The notes under the pieces were generated by a model that was not told the DNA's origin, searched no databases, and worked only from the letters and a program-made list of their open reading frames with translations. Of a stretch of 64,000 nucleotides of DNA, positions 32,575-45,764 are shown in pieces (positions within the stretch are counted from its first letter, which is position 1; every line of letters starts with the position of its first letter). The position numbers and the translations under genes are program-made. The stretch comes from Saccostrea cucullata (Eukaryota): assembly GCF_032062105.1 (NCBI RefSeq), contig NW_026929981.1, positions 496,001 through 560,000 of the forward strand. The letters run 5' to 3'.

Positions 32575-33380
32575 AAGGATGCTTTAGGTTCTCATTGACA
32601 ATATCGATGTGTTTTTTGGAGACCAGGTCTTCAAACAATGTATGTAAATTCCCACAGATTGCGCCCCGTTATTAGCAGACCTATTTTTGTATTTATATGA
32701 TGTAGACTTTGCTCAAAATCCTACACATGTAAAGAAGAAAACCTTGTTGTTGCCTTCAACTTGACATTTAGATATATCAATGACGTTTTGTCAATTAAAA
32801 CAATGTTCATCTCCTTTTTTGTGTCGATAAGATATATCCCGGTGAGCTTAAAATAACAGATACCACAGAATCTTTCATATTTTGATATTTCACTACAAAA
32901 AGACGTTATTGGTACTCTAACAACAAGTCTTTATGATAAACTTGATAACTTTAACTGTTTTATGATGAAATACTTTTATCACCTGACGGGGTTTATCATT
33001 CGAAGAAACATTTCTAAAACAAGGCAAGTTATTGACAAACAAATTGATGAAAAAGTCAGTTATTTCGTTTAAAGTCATCATTTATGGTCGTTCTATGGTC
33101 GATAAACATGTAGAATTACCATGTCAGTAAATACAATCTATAATTATATCAAATGCTGACTGACGTTTTTCATACTAAATGTTAGGCCATTATTTACACA
33201 CTTGTCGACGGATTTTTCCGTTACATGTATTTCCCGATCACGTTAAGGACTATGCACACAGCGGGTGTGGCCGGTTGGCAGGGGATCCTCACTACTCCAT
33301 GGCATCTGATCCTACCTCTGATGTTTTAGAGCTTCGTGTTTGCTTTGCTTTTTTGTATTGTTTAATGGACTTTTGAGCTT
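32575..33380 (+). mobile_element. Degenerate Penelope-like retroelement (RT C-terminus and 3' region)
   Basis: Frameshifted remnants LIDNI.V.FG.QVF.Q, CAPLLADLFLY, FNLTFRYI(D/N)DVLSI, IYPGEL.I.DTTE, LYDK.D.FN, FYGR, followed by the GCGGGTGTG..CAGGGGAT..CTGATCC motif. Confidence 0.8.
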
Positions 33381-33955
33381 GAGTATATCCATTTATTTCG
33401 CAAATGCTTATAATTCTATAAAGGGGATACTAGGTATATATATGTTCCGTCATTAAATTGAAAAACAATATTCAGGGTCTTTTTTATGTTAAGTTCTTTT
33501 TTACTCCTGTTTTGAAGAAATTCTCGTACAAATATGGATCGAAGAGATTTTTGTTTAAAACTGCTATAGTTCCAGGAACTTGCCAAATCTACAAATAGTA
33601 CATATCTGAGCTTTCCACAATTGCATACCTTCAACGTATTTTATTCTACAATACGTCTTTGTTCTCGGCGTTTACGTATCAGATATAATACAATTTAGTG
33701 GCGAGTAAAGATGGACAAAGCTTATAGTATTAAAAACAAACTTGGTACTAAATTTATTCGATCCTATGAATGGGGATGATTGATTGATATTTCACAAAAA
33801 GGGAACAAATAGCGTAACAAATATTTAATCCAATGCTTGTAATATAATCAACATTCAACAAATTATTTTTAATAAACAACAAATAAAAAGTACTTGCATT
33901 GAAGGATAACATTAATTTTATTTAATTCCTAGTTGTTAAAAAGTTCCAGCATTAT

Positions 33956-36370
33956 TCAAGATACGGAACTCTGCTTTGAAGCACTACTTTCAATTATAAA
34001 CTTATCTGGAATCTCTATTTCATCCACTTTGTCTAAGTCAAACTCTCCTTCATCACTACTTGTTCTGCTGACGTCACTGGAAGATACGTCTTCGATTGGA
34101 GAGCATGGTGTGACGTCACAAAGTTTTCCTGCCAAACTGTCAATAATGGGCGGGAAAGGCTTATGTACCCGCTGTTTAGAAAGTTCTTTCTTCTCGAAGT
34201 ATTTTTCCACATACTTGGACACATAAGATGGGCATCCACGTGGATCATGTGACCCTTCCTTCTCTGGACATGCCCAAAACTGTTTCTGACTTTCACAAAG
34301 TGGGGGCTTTTTATTCAGTTTAATTTCTTCCAGCAACCAATTTGTTAATTCGTCTGAAAAATATTCTTGGAATGTTTCTTTCACTTTGGACATTGGCCGA
34401 ACAAGTTTTACTTTTGAAGCTGTGTTTGCTTGTAAAAATACTTTTATGGCTTTCCAAACGGCATGAAAGACTGCGTTGTGATTCAAACAAATGACCATTC
34501 CTAACCGTTCTGGGTAATGATCCGCCAGTGTCTGTGTCACTCCATAGCCAAGTTTGGGATTGCATAGTGGAAGTGTCATACCTGCAAAAGTTGATAATCA
34601 TTGAGCAGTGATTTTCGTTGATCTTGTGACTTGAAATAATTAGTTATGTAGGATTGGACAATATCTTAAAAATGAGACTTAACGCATATTCAGAAGAAAA
34701 TATAATTAACGAACAGATCTGTAGACAAAAATATTCGATGCATAAACCTTTGCACATATACCTGAGCAGTCAACCACAAACACCCATGTACTGATTCCGG
34801 GTTTCATGGTAAGTTTGGCATTTTCTATGATATAAGACACGTGGGTTACTGAGTCCTCGGCACTGTATCTATGTGTAGCCGCCTGTCTGAAGTTAGAATA
34901 AATCACTGGTCGCCCACTCTCATCAAATCCAACTTGACGCTGAAATACGAAGGTCGAAATTTTAGATGAACTTCTAAATTAGTGCTGTAATGTTCGAGAA
35001 AAAAAAATTTCGAGGGTTTCATATTTTAACCTTAAAAGATAAGTTTAAAGTGTCTCAAAAGTAAAAAAAAAACTCGAATGGATAAATTTTAAAAGATTTG
35101 ATATGATGGAACACAAATCGAGGAAGATCTAATGAGCTTTCTATAACATACGTACGTATGTTCATGTTTCACAATATGTGTCATGAACAGAAGGCCACTT
35201 ACCATTGTATGGTACCCTGGTCTCTCATGGCACCACCTGCAGTCAATGTCTATAAGGTTAAGCCGCCTCCTGTATTCTATTGTATTCCGAAGTAACTTCT
35301 CAGCCTCATCAATATTCCAGTCACGTGACTTAAGATATCTGACAACACTTAAAAGAAGGGATACCACAAATTATGATCATCAACAAAAGCGCAAAGAACA
35401 GAGTGGAACAAAATGCTTAGATTAGCATATTTTGGACTGGAATAATGAAGACATAATGTAGTGTTCAGGAATATACTAGTAATTTTTTCAAGCAACCCCT
35501 TCTGAAACCCGCACTGCGTTATCTTTGGATATCAACTAAAAAGACTCCTTATTCTAACATTTACTCAATGTGTTTGCATCTAGAAATTTCTCTCTTAGAG
35601 AAATACATTGAAATAGATTAACATTATCACAAACAATATCATCTCGCTTCTCTGGACCTGTTTACTTATAATATCAAAGGCTAATTATGAAAGTTGATAT
35701 TTGAAGAACCTGTCTCCCCGCCTTTATTTCTTGCATGATAAAGACAATGGAATAAACAGTTCATCTAGTTTGTTAGATCGATGAAACGTTTTAGTGTCGG
35801 CAATCTTTCAAATTGACTAATTATAAAAGTTGTGCTTCAATGGGAGAAAAACAAATGATGCATCGTTAGCAATTGATAAAATTGTCATTGCTGGTAGAGT
35901 TTTACTTAGCAATACTTTCTGATGCGGACAATATGCATGGCCGTGTGCCCACATTGACAGCTTATTATGGTTGATTGCTCCTATTTTACAATAAACCCTT
36001 AATACATTGGACATGTACATTTGAATACCATTGTAGTTTAGAGACATATGGTGAAGTCTACCATTATTTACACACCATTATTTACACACAGTTAACATGT
36101 GAAGGAACTGTGTGTTATATTTTAATATCTACGTATGATATTGTTCACTTATTCAAAAACAATTTCGGATAAAAAAGAAATTAGAATATAGAAATAAATT
36201 CATTGTATTTTGCTTGATTTTTTGTCCATGAACATTTGATGACACTATAATCTTAAATTAAGCTTGAAAAATTATCATAAGGTCGGAATAAATTCAAATC
36301 CTGGCATCTCCATCTCTATTGGGGCCACATCTTTCATTCTTTCCTTTAAATTCTCTATACATTTCTCCAT
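33956..36370 (-). CDS. CRAL-TRIO (Sec14-like) lipid-binding domain protein
   Basis: Exons 35338-35203, 34939-34762 and 34581-33956 splice in frame: RYLKSRDWNIDEAEKLL..RQVGFDESGRPVIY..WVFVVDCSG..LADHYPERLG..VWKAIKVFL..T.SKV. A putative first coding exon starts at ATG 36370 (MEKCIENLKERMKDVAPIE..) but has no clear donor. Confidence 0.8.
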
Positions 36371-37519
36371 TGTTTCTTCTTAGACTGAAAAAGTAGAAGT
36401 AAAGATCTTTAGTATTAATTGTCAAACATTGCAAATTTTCTCCGAGTTCAATCTTATTATTTTAATTTGATATTGAATCTCAAAATACGGTATTCATCCG
36501 TTAAACATCTGCATCAAAGACACAAGGTTGAATCAATGAGTAAGCATCTCCATTTTCGAGGATTTAATGACACCTTAAAATTATACTATTAAGTTTTATA
36601 TAAAGTACCGAATAAATAAACAAATAAATATGTATTATAATACCACACTTGCTTTTATAATGTCGATTGCAAGATCATAGATTTTCCTTGTTAGATATAC
36701 ATTATTTTCACAACATCTGTTGAAAAAATGCGGACGTTAAACCTAACTTAACTTAATCCCCAGTGATCAATAGCAAACATTTGCCTATTATTAAAAGTAG
36801 AATGTGGCCCCATGTTTTGTTTTGTTTTTTTTAATAGGGTATTGCAATGATATTTGTAAATTTTTGTCTTAAGGGGAAACATCACTCTAGAATGAATTTT
36901 AGCAATATTCTTTATTCACGTCAAATTTTCTTATTTCTGAGTGCAAAATGTTAAGCTTTATATTTTATACTTCAAGAAATATTTTTCCTGGCCAAAACTA
37001 TTCATCATGGTTAATTCTGTCTGAGTATATATTTACATAAAAGATCTTTTAATTCTTATAAAATTTTTGAAACAGTAGTACATGTATTTAATATCAATAT
37101 TTCAAATTTCTTTTTAGTGCAAAAAAGGTCAAGTTGAACTGTGTCACCCTTATTTTTCTAAAATGTTTTAATTCTTTATCTTTTAAAAGGTAATAGATTT
37201 AAACATATATATACTTTATGAAAATTGACGTTTCTATACTTTCAGGTGCGTATATCTTTAACTGCGACGTAAACCAGATTTGTAAGCGTAGATATCTTAA
37301 CACACAAAAAAAAATACCTCAAAGCTGTTTTACTTAAATGAAAGGCAATTTTGTTTGGTTTATCAATGACACTGTTTGTCTAAGCCCTTTCAACAATTTA
37401 ATAAACATTGTCAACCCTAATACGAATATTAAAAACCCATCCTTCTCATGTAAAGTACATTAAATGCATTTAAAATATAGGTTATAAAAAAGGAATAAAA
37501 CTTTCTTCAATGAATGAAA

Positions 37520-37672
37520 TATATAATGAAGATAGCGAACAGTATTCAAGCTCAAAAGTCCTTTGAACTATACAGAATTGGAGCAGAGCAAACACAGACC
37601 TAAAAAAAATCAGAGGTGGGATCAAGTGCCATGGAGAAGTGAGTATTCCCTGCCGACCGACCACACCCGCCG
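37520..37672 (-). mobile_element. Isolated 3' end of the Penelope-like family
   Basis: Reverse complement reads CGGCGGGTGTGGTCGGTCGGCAGGGAATACTCACTTCTCCATGGCACTTGATCCCACCTCTG, matching the motifs at 33261 and 47407. Confidence 0.7.
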
Positions 37673-40600
37673 AAATAATTCATTTACAGCAAAAATGTAC
37701 TATGCGTTATATCTATGAAAAAACAAGCCGTTGACTTTATTTTGAGAAAGCTCATTTCAATTGCAGGAATGTTGTATTTATGAAGACTTAAACATATAAA
37801 TAAAATTTTGGTGAATCTCGGAGGATTTAGATATCTATAAGCAAAACATCATTTTAAGAAAACTTACCTCAGTTCCTAGTAAATGAGCTGTCCCGGTTCT
37901 CCAAATCCATCAACAACTTGCAATTACTCTTCTGTACTTTCTTGTAAAGTCTCCTCTCTCCACCTCATATATAAATGACTATAACATTGTTAATTGTTTA
38001 TATACGTACAATTTCTAAATTAAAAAAAAAATAAGCTTACGAATACTGACAAAAATATTTTGAAATTAAATCACCTGTTTTCTTCGGGTTTTGCAATCTA
38101 AGCTCTTGTATTTATTTGTCTGGTATTTTGCAACGGTCGAAAAGTTCGCCTACACACAAAAAAATTAATTCATGTTTTGGTTATAAACTTATCATTGATT
38201 TACAATCTATTTCAAAGGTATTTAATTTATTGCAAAATATTTATTATTGTGAAATATCTTGCCATTTAAGATTTGAAAAGATATTGTTTAAAATTAAATG
38301 TGAGTTTTATCTTTCTTAATTTCTTTATAAATGCATAACTGAATGTACATGTAATACATAACTTTTTAAAAAGGAAAGTAAAAACTACACTTACCTTTTG
38401 TACATGTTCTGCGTCAATGATTATGTTTATCTTTTTATCAAGATTGATGCACTTTGCTACACTATATTAACGTACCTTTATTTGTCTATTTTAAGATTAT
38501 TACTGCACCAAATGTACGTATAATTATGTCTTTTGCCCTTTGAATATCTACTTATAAACATCAATAATTGTCCAAAACTTATGTGACTTTATTGTAGACT
38601 AAACAGTTGCCATTAAAAGTCACACTGAAATACATTCGAGATAATTTTCTCATTCATATCCCATAAAAGCTTTACATCGAAGGTTACATTTAGAATAAGG
38701 TATGGGTCACTATGGGTTTTATTCATCCGAGCTGAACCAGCAAATCATTACCCCGAGGTACACTGTATCTCTACGCTCTGGACCCAGACATTCGTATATG
38801 ATGTATTTATAATTTAAAGTTCTTTTCTAAAAGAATGATTCTATTTCCGTTATAAAAAGTGTATAAAATTCTCAATAGCTTATATTGTACGTATATTATC
38901 AGTTATTGCAATAAATATGCCCCTCGTTATATGATAAACTAAAAAAGTAATAAATGCTTACCTGTACAAAAATAAAATTCTCCTTTGGCTTTATTATCTT
39001 ATCAATCTTCGCAATATTTTCACATATGGTAGCAACTGCTAAACTTCACAAAGTTCACGTATGACCAGTTTATAACCGTACATAGTTGCGCTGGTAAAGA
39101 CCGATTACTCAGCTCCAAATCGATATTTCACGTGGCAATGATGAGATGCAAGTTCATGCCTACTGTTTGTTATTCGATTGTTTTTTTCTTTTTTGTGATT
39201 GACAAAAATATTATCAAGCCAACTAGATTTGACTCAATTCCACAAAAAAAGCACTTTCATTTTTGGGGGAGTGGGAAGGGCATCCATAATGATTCCCAGT
39301 TTTTTATTGGGGTACTATCATGCAATGATTGCTTGTCAACCCATAGAAGAGGAGAGGAATCTTGCGTAATTTATTGAGGGGACATATTCATAAAATTGCC
39401 TTAGTTGGGAGGGGATATACCGGTAGTAACACAATCGTGTGTGTTTGTGGGTGGGTGAGTGAGTTTATTCTGTGCGAAACGGAAGTGACTTAATTTTTAA
39501 TTTGCATTAGGGTCGATGTCGAATGATGTTTTGATTTATAGATATGTTCTTTGTAAGTGCCCTTGTTTATAATTATATTGGCAAAACTATTGTGGTATTG
39601 CTAGAAAGGGATCTAATCATGTTTTTACACAAATTAGTATTACAGGAGTGATGTATTTTATCAGTAACAAGTTAGCATCTTGCAAAGTCAAATATAATTC
39701 AACCAATCATTTTACAGTTCTCGTCCACTTGTTTGTGTGTATGGAGAAAATGATGCCTGTCCTCTCCATGTCCTGCAAAAGCAAGATAAAGACTGAATTA
39801 TTCCAATCCATGCCAGTGATGCCTGGGTTGTGCTGCAGCAACGCAAATTTTAAATCAGTCTGACGATCTCGTCGGTATGGAGATTTGTTATTGGTAATAG
39901 TCAGTCAGATTCTACATACAAGTTGATTTTAGAAATTAGTTTACTGAACTAGCTCATTGACACGATTTATGTAATTTTTCCTTACTTATTTAACAATATT
40001 AATACACAGTTATCAGATGCATGAAATATAAAGAGAACAATAATCTTAGATGTCCAATTAATTGATGCAAATCATGAACAAAGCAAACATGGACATCCAT
40101 AAACGGAGATATTAAGGTCTGGTGAAATGGTAAATTGATCATCCTGCCATGACCAGGTGAACGAAAATCCTTACTCCATACAGTGTTAACAAATTGCCTA
40201 TAAATTTGCATGAGAGATGTCAGCTAACAATAGAACTAAAGATATATAATTGTATTTGAAAAAAGGTCATTGTATCGACCGCAGAATTAAAAGAAAACAA
40301 ATGTTGGTCAAAGAAAACTTCCGATATCTTATCTTAAAATGTACACGGTCTATTGTCTCATACAGTTTCGGCTTGTTTCTGCATGTACTTCTATTTCAGA
40401 TGTCCTCAATCCGTAATTTAAAAATAATCTATTATTTATCAGTTAGATTATCATTACATTTAAAAAGTTAAAATCAAGAGAATTATGTAACCCCAAAAAT
40501 ATGTGTATGATCACAAGTACTGTTTTTTGAGGTTCAATTTACTAGGGGTGTGATATTGATCCGTATCAGCCCTGCAAATCCATATCAGTCCTGCAGGGCT

Positions 40601-41482
40601 GATACGGCTATTGTGACGTCAGCCATATCGCATATGCAAAAATCCTGTATTTATTACTATTTAAAGTATGTAATAAATACGTGTAATGGTCAAACAGGAA
40701 TGTTTGGTGGAAGAATAAAAGTTAATCAAAAGGTTACATTTTAAAAACATAACATTGCATTTGAGCATCATTTTACGTATTTGTGACGCTATAAGCGTAA
40801 CGTTAAGTATCACCAATACCGTAAGCGACGTCTTACTATTACGTCGCATCTGTTTGCTTTGCTCACAATCTGTAAGGTTAAATTGGACATATTCCTCTGT
40901 TTAAGGAAAACGTTTGTATATTTTAGACCCATCTTCCGTGGGGGATCATGATTTGAACAAAATTGAATCTTAACTACCTGAGATGACTTCTATTAGCATG
41001 TAGATATGACCCGAGCGTGGATTTGCTGTACATGTATTTGACCCAAACAAATTAAATATGAATTCTTATGGCTTTACTGTTCTTCCATCCTTGTTATTAA
41101 TATACTCTCATGCAAATTTAATGTAACATGGCTTGGTTGTTCTTTTTTTAAAAGGTATTTTTAAAAGACTTTTCCTAAATTTTAATAAGACAAAGTAGCC
41201 TTAACTGGTTTTTGATTTTAAAAGGTTATAGAATATATTAGAGAATGACAAGTATGACAAAATTTTGACAATTTTTACGAAAAAATACAAAAAATAATTT
41301 TGAAGTACATGTCACTAGACCTTTAAAGTCAATATGTTCACATATTTCAAAGTTAATTTGGTCATGCAATACCAAATGAGAGTATCTGACGGAGAGAACT
41401 ATTTTCATGTCATGCACCTTCTTAGGTTTTGTGAATCTTGTTCTTCTCAAATATTGATATTAACAATATGACCCACAAAACT

Positions 41483-42236
41483 TTAAGAGGGGGCGACTGA
41501 GGTTTTATTGTGTGAAAACTACAATAACGAAACTCTTCATTTTTATGCCATATATAACTTACATAAACTTCAGTATACATGATAGGTTTGGCGGAAATCT
41601 ACCGTCCAGGTATTTTAAGGAACCGTCTTAAAATACAGGTACATTTACTATAGGATTATACATGAAATTGCAATTTAAAGCAAATTATACAAATACTACA
41701 CTGAACTTTTTGTTCAAAGTACAATGTTTGATGAATAATACTATATTGTACATTATATGTAAGGAACACAAAATTCTACCGTCTTGTTACCAGAGGGGGG
41801 CATCTCAAAAATATAAAAAATTAACGAATTTTCTTGTTTTTATGGAGTACAGAGCATTACAAAATATGACGGGTACAAAGGATTTGTATAAAACATAATA
41901 AAAAAATGGAGATATTCTCAAATTTCTATGATTTAAATTTCATCTGCGTATATTTATTACTTTTTCTTTAATAACATTTTTATTACCCCTTCCTTGAGCT
42001 TAAGTTTATCAGAACGTCAAAAACACACTGTAACGACGTCAACCTACCTATAAACTGCAAAATCGTTAAAAATCAGTTATATTAAATTTTAATTACAATT
42101 TTAAACCTTTAATTTCTTAATTTTGTTAAATTTCATTATTTAAGCGAAAAAAGTTGCTTTAAAACAATAAATACGCTTTATTTTACTTTGATGCGCGAAA
42201 TATTGCACAATGAAAACCACAGTAGGCCCCCTTTAG
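41483..42236. mobile_element. Possible old TTAA-type MITE
   Basis: Imperfect TIRs TTAAGAGGGGGCGACTGAGG / CCACAGTAGGCCCCCTTTA. Confidence 0.4.
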
Positions 42237-43336
42237 ATATTGTAACAATTTTAAAAATTTTAAAATGGTTGGTGATTAATTTCTATGCATGTACATCTAT
42301 ATACAAATTTAAAAATGAGTAATATCAAATTTATGACGGAGGGCATCAGTTTACGTTGTTGCTGTTGTTATAAAATAATAACATCCTATATATCATCACA
42401 CGTAAATGTTCAATGGTATATGAACCTTAAATCAATCAGATTGTAAACTGTCTGATAATTGTTTTAATTTGATTGTTAATTAAGATGGTGTGTCTACAAA
42501 TACGGATGAAGGGGTTTATATTCACAGTCCTCTGTTTGGGATATCTATCCTTTTTACAAGGTAAGTGATGCTGGATTGAAATGTGACTATTTTCCCTCTG
42601 ATAAAGGAAGACAAAAAACAAAAGCATTGGTTTTAACTGAAAATTTAATGGAAGAAAAAAACCGAACCAGTGACAAAGTCTAGGTTACTTAATTTCAATA
42701 CTGATTCATTCTTATTTAATAATTTTAATCATACTAGTACATTTAATTTTTAAAATTGATATAATTCCATTATTTAATTGAAAAAAAAAATCATAAAAAT
42801 CGTGAAGTTGGGTCTTAGAGACATTTGAAAAGATTTCCATACAAAAGAAACATGACTTTGAAGTTTATTTCAATAAAGGGTGTGTTACAGTTTTTTTTTT
42901 ATCCCAACTCCTTCCAGTTTGCATTTTTTTTTTAAATATACATATGTACATGTACGAAGATCACTTGAAGCCGTACATAGAAAATGCGCCATTAATTTTT
43001 CAATATATTTAGTAAAACATTTGTTACGTTTTTGTAAAATACTGAAATGCCTGATTTCTATTTAGTTATTGGTTTTTTTTTTCAAACCGACAGGGTATAC
43101 CCATTGAGAGTGCTCCTTCCAGGAAACCACTTGTACATGAATCACCATCTCTAGGATCTTATGAATACTTATACGTTGTTTACTTAGTACATAATCATAG
43201 TTTATTTAATCCGTCTTATCAGTCTCATTGTACATGTATTATGACAATGCATTAATATTTGGAATATTTTATTTTCAGTAGAGTGGAAATAAAGTTTTAA
43301 TTTTAAAGATGTCTTCATTGATAAGATACATGTAAT

Positions 43337-44350
43337 ACAAGTTAATTCAGAGAATTTGTGTCCCCCGCTTAGGGAAAAAGTAAACCATGCGCAGTTCGGG
43401 GGTCGGGGGGGGCGGGGTCGGATCCCCCTGACTGAATTTGTAGAATTATTAAATGTATACTGAAGCAAATAAAATATGCCAATATGGATATAAAGATTTG
43501 ATTGCTTATTCTTTATTATGTGTATAGAAGATTCTTATATATGGAATATTTATCACAATGTAATGATGATTTTATGAGTTTGTGAAAGCCAGACCTCATA
43601 AATTTTTCATTTTACATGCTGAAAACTATCATTTAGTAGAAAAAAAGTATTTCAGAAAAAAAGAAAGTGAACCATCCGATATTCGAACCCGGGACCTCTC
43701 ACAGGTGAAGCGAGAGACATACCACTAGACCAAGGAACGCTTACGATCAGCGACAATTACATGCAAACATGAAGTCACATACATGTATATTGTCAAAAAT
43801 TTTCACAATGCATGATGTCTAATTTAGCCTTTATTAAACAGTTCTAATAGTTGTAATAAGAATATAAAGTCCGCTGAGAACCTGTTTTATGCGTAATAAC
43901 TCCCCTCATGCCCCTGTGGGACACTTTGAGAGGGTTGAGAGAGGTCCAAGGTAGTTTTGGTATAAAATTATATGTACATTGCAAAAGCTCAAAATTTTCT
44001 TGAAATTTGATCTTTTGACCTCAAAATCAACAGGGGTCTTTCTTAGGCCACAGGGAGTTGTTATGTAAAATTTCATTGCAAACGCTCAAAGGGTTCTCGA
44101 GATATCGCGCGGAAACGAAAATGTTATAACAGACAGAATATGCAAATTTATGACCTTGACCTTTTGACCTCAAAATCAATAGGGTTCTTTTTTTGTCCAT
44201 AGAGAGTTGCTATGCAAAATTTCAATTCGAAAGCTCAAATGGTTCTCGAGATATCATGTAGAAACGAAAGCGTTACAGACAGACAGAAAGACGGACAGAC
44301 GGACGGACAGACCCAAATTAATATCCCCCACTTTTCAAGCGGGGGACAAA
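43337..44350 (-). mobile_element. Helentron/HINE-like element with tRNA-derived segment
   Basis: Subterminal TGTCCCCCGCTT / AAGCGGGGGACA inverted motifs, (GACA/GACG)n microsatellite at 44275-44312, ACAAG terminus, internal tRNA-like segment. Confidence 0.75.
43670..43740 (-). pseudogene. tRNA-derived sequence (Pro-like body, CAC at the anticodon position)
   Basis: Reverse complement contains A-box TGGTCTAGTGG, stem CTCGC-TTCACCT-GTGAG and B-box GGTTCGAAT; the acceptor stem is degenerate. Confidence 0.6.
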
Positions 44351-44949
44351 TATAACCTTATTTATGATATTGTGTAGTTTTCGTAGAAGGTACAGTCCTA
44401 TTGATAAGATCCATAACTATTTCTCATTCAAGGGATACAAAATTTACAATATATATTAGGTTTAATTTACCTCGTTATGATCCTATATGAACCTTATACT
44501 TTAGGACTAAATTCTCCTTCAGTTATGATTATTTCTCTGTCACTGATTTACTGTCGGTTTCATTAACTTATAAAATTCCTGTCTTTAGCATTCACTCTAG
44601 CTATCTCTTCCAATAATTTTAATTTACTTGGTTATTATGCTGTCTATAGCTCTTATTTATTACCGGGGGATATTTCTCTTGTAGTTAATAGTGAATTCTA
44701 GGAACTAGTATTGTCCAAAATGAAGTATTTAATGGTCTAGATAAAAGAAGGTTTCATTTCAGTAGTTTAAGGACATATATATGCAACGTAGTTTGAACTT
44801 TTTTGTCCTTTCCCATCGAGTTGAAGAATTCCAATTCTTGAAGGAATTGTGTGCTATATTTTAATGTCTATATATGGTGTTGAACACTTCTTTCAAAACA
44901 ATTTTTGATAAAAGATTGTGTAGAATATATGCTCAGCATTTTTTAATAT

Positions 44950-45752
44950 AGGAGACTTTTGAAGTCAAAAGGTCAAACTTCAGGGTCATAAATGTATACA
45001 TTCTGTTTGTGTGTAACACTATCGTTTTCGGGCGATATTTCAAGAGGATTTTGAGCTTTTGCAATGTAATTTTATACCAAAAGTCCCTAGGACCTCTCTC
45101 ACCCCTCTCAAAATGTCCCGCCCCGTTTGTTTTATTAGTATTTATTGTATTACATGTCGCTATTTTTAGCACAGGGTTATTACGTATAAAACAGGTTCTC
45201 GGCGGACTTTATATTCTTATTACATCTGTTAGAACTGTTTAATAAAGGTTAAATTAGACACCATGCATTGTGTAAAATTTTGACAATATATCGAACGTGA
45301 ATATATACATGTATGTAACTTAATGTTTGTATATAATTTTCACCATGTTAAAGCGGCTCCGTGGTCTAGTGGTATGTCTATCGCTTCACATGTGAGAGGG
45401 CCAGGGTTCGCATCCCGGAAAATCCAATTTTTTTTTTCGAAATACTTTTGTTTTACTAAATGATAGTATTCAGTATGTGAAATGAAAAATTTATGAGATC
45501 TGGCTTGTACAAACTCATAAAATCATCATTACAGTGTGATAAATATTCCATATAAAAAGAATCTTCTACACACATAATAAAGAATAATCAATCAAACCTT
45601 TATATCCACATTGGCATATTTTATTTGCTTCAATATACATTTAATAATTCTACAAATTCGGTCAAGGGGATACGAACCCACCCCGACCCCCGAACTGCGT
45701 ATGGTTTACTTTTTCCCTAAGCGGGGGACACAAATTCTATGAATTAGCTTGT
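44950..45752 (+). mobile_element. Second, inverted and truncated copy of the 43337 element
   Basis: Reverse-complement similarity to about 43337-44030; abuts a truncated TTAAGG-type MITE fragment at about 44767-44935. Confidence 0.8.
45355..45425 (+). pseudogene. tRNA-derived sequence, second copy
   Basis: GGCTCCGTGGTCTAGTGGTATGTCTATCGCTTCACATGTGAGAGGGCCAGGGTTCGCATCCCGG followed by a T-run at about 45428-45437. Confidence 0.6.
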
Positions 45753-45764
45753 TATTACTTGTAC

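Noticed and set aside
33261-33320. Hammerhead ribozyme in the Penelope-like 3' motif
   Set aside because: Lacks the CTGANGA...GAAA catalytic core.
35560-35590. Minus-strand DANTL segment as the missing link of the CRAL-TRIO first exon
   Set aside because: The available GT gives phase 1, incompatible with the phase-2 downstream exon.
39648-40211. Slightly GC-richer stretch with short ORFs
   Set aside because: Stops in plausible frames, and no recognisable motif or consistent splice structure.
43670-45425. Functional tRNA-Val(CAC) genes
   Set aside because: Acceptor and T stems are mismatched, and both copies lie within a repeat family.
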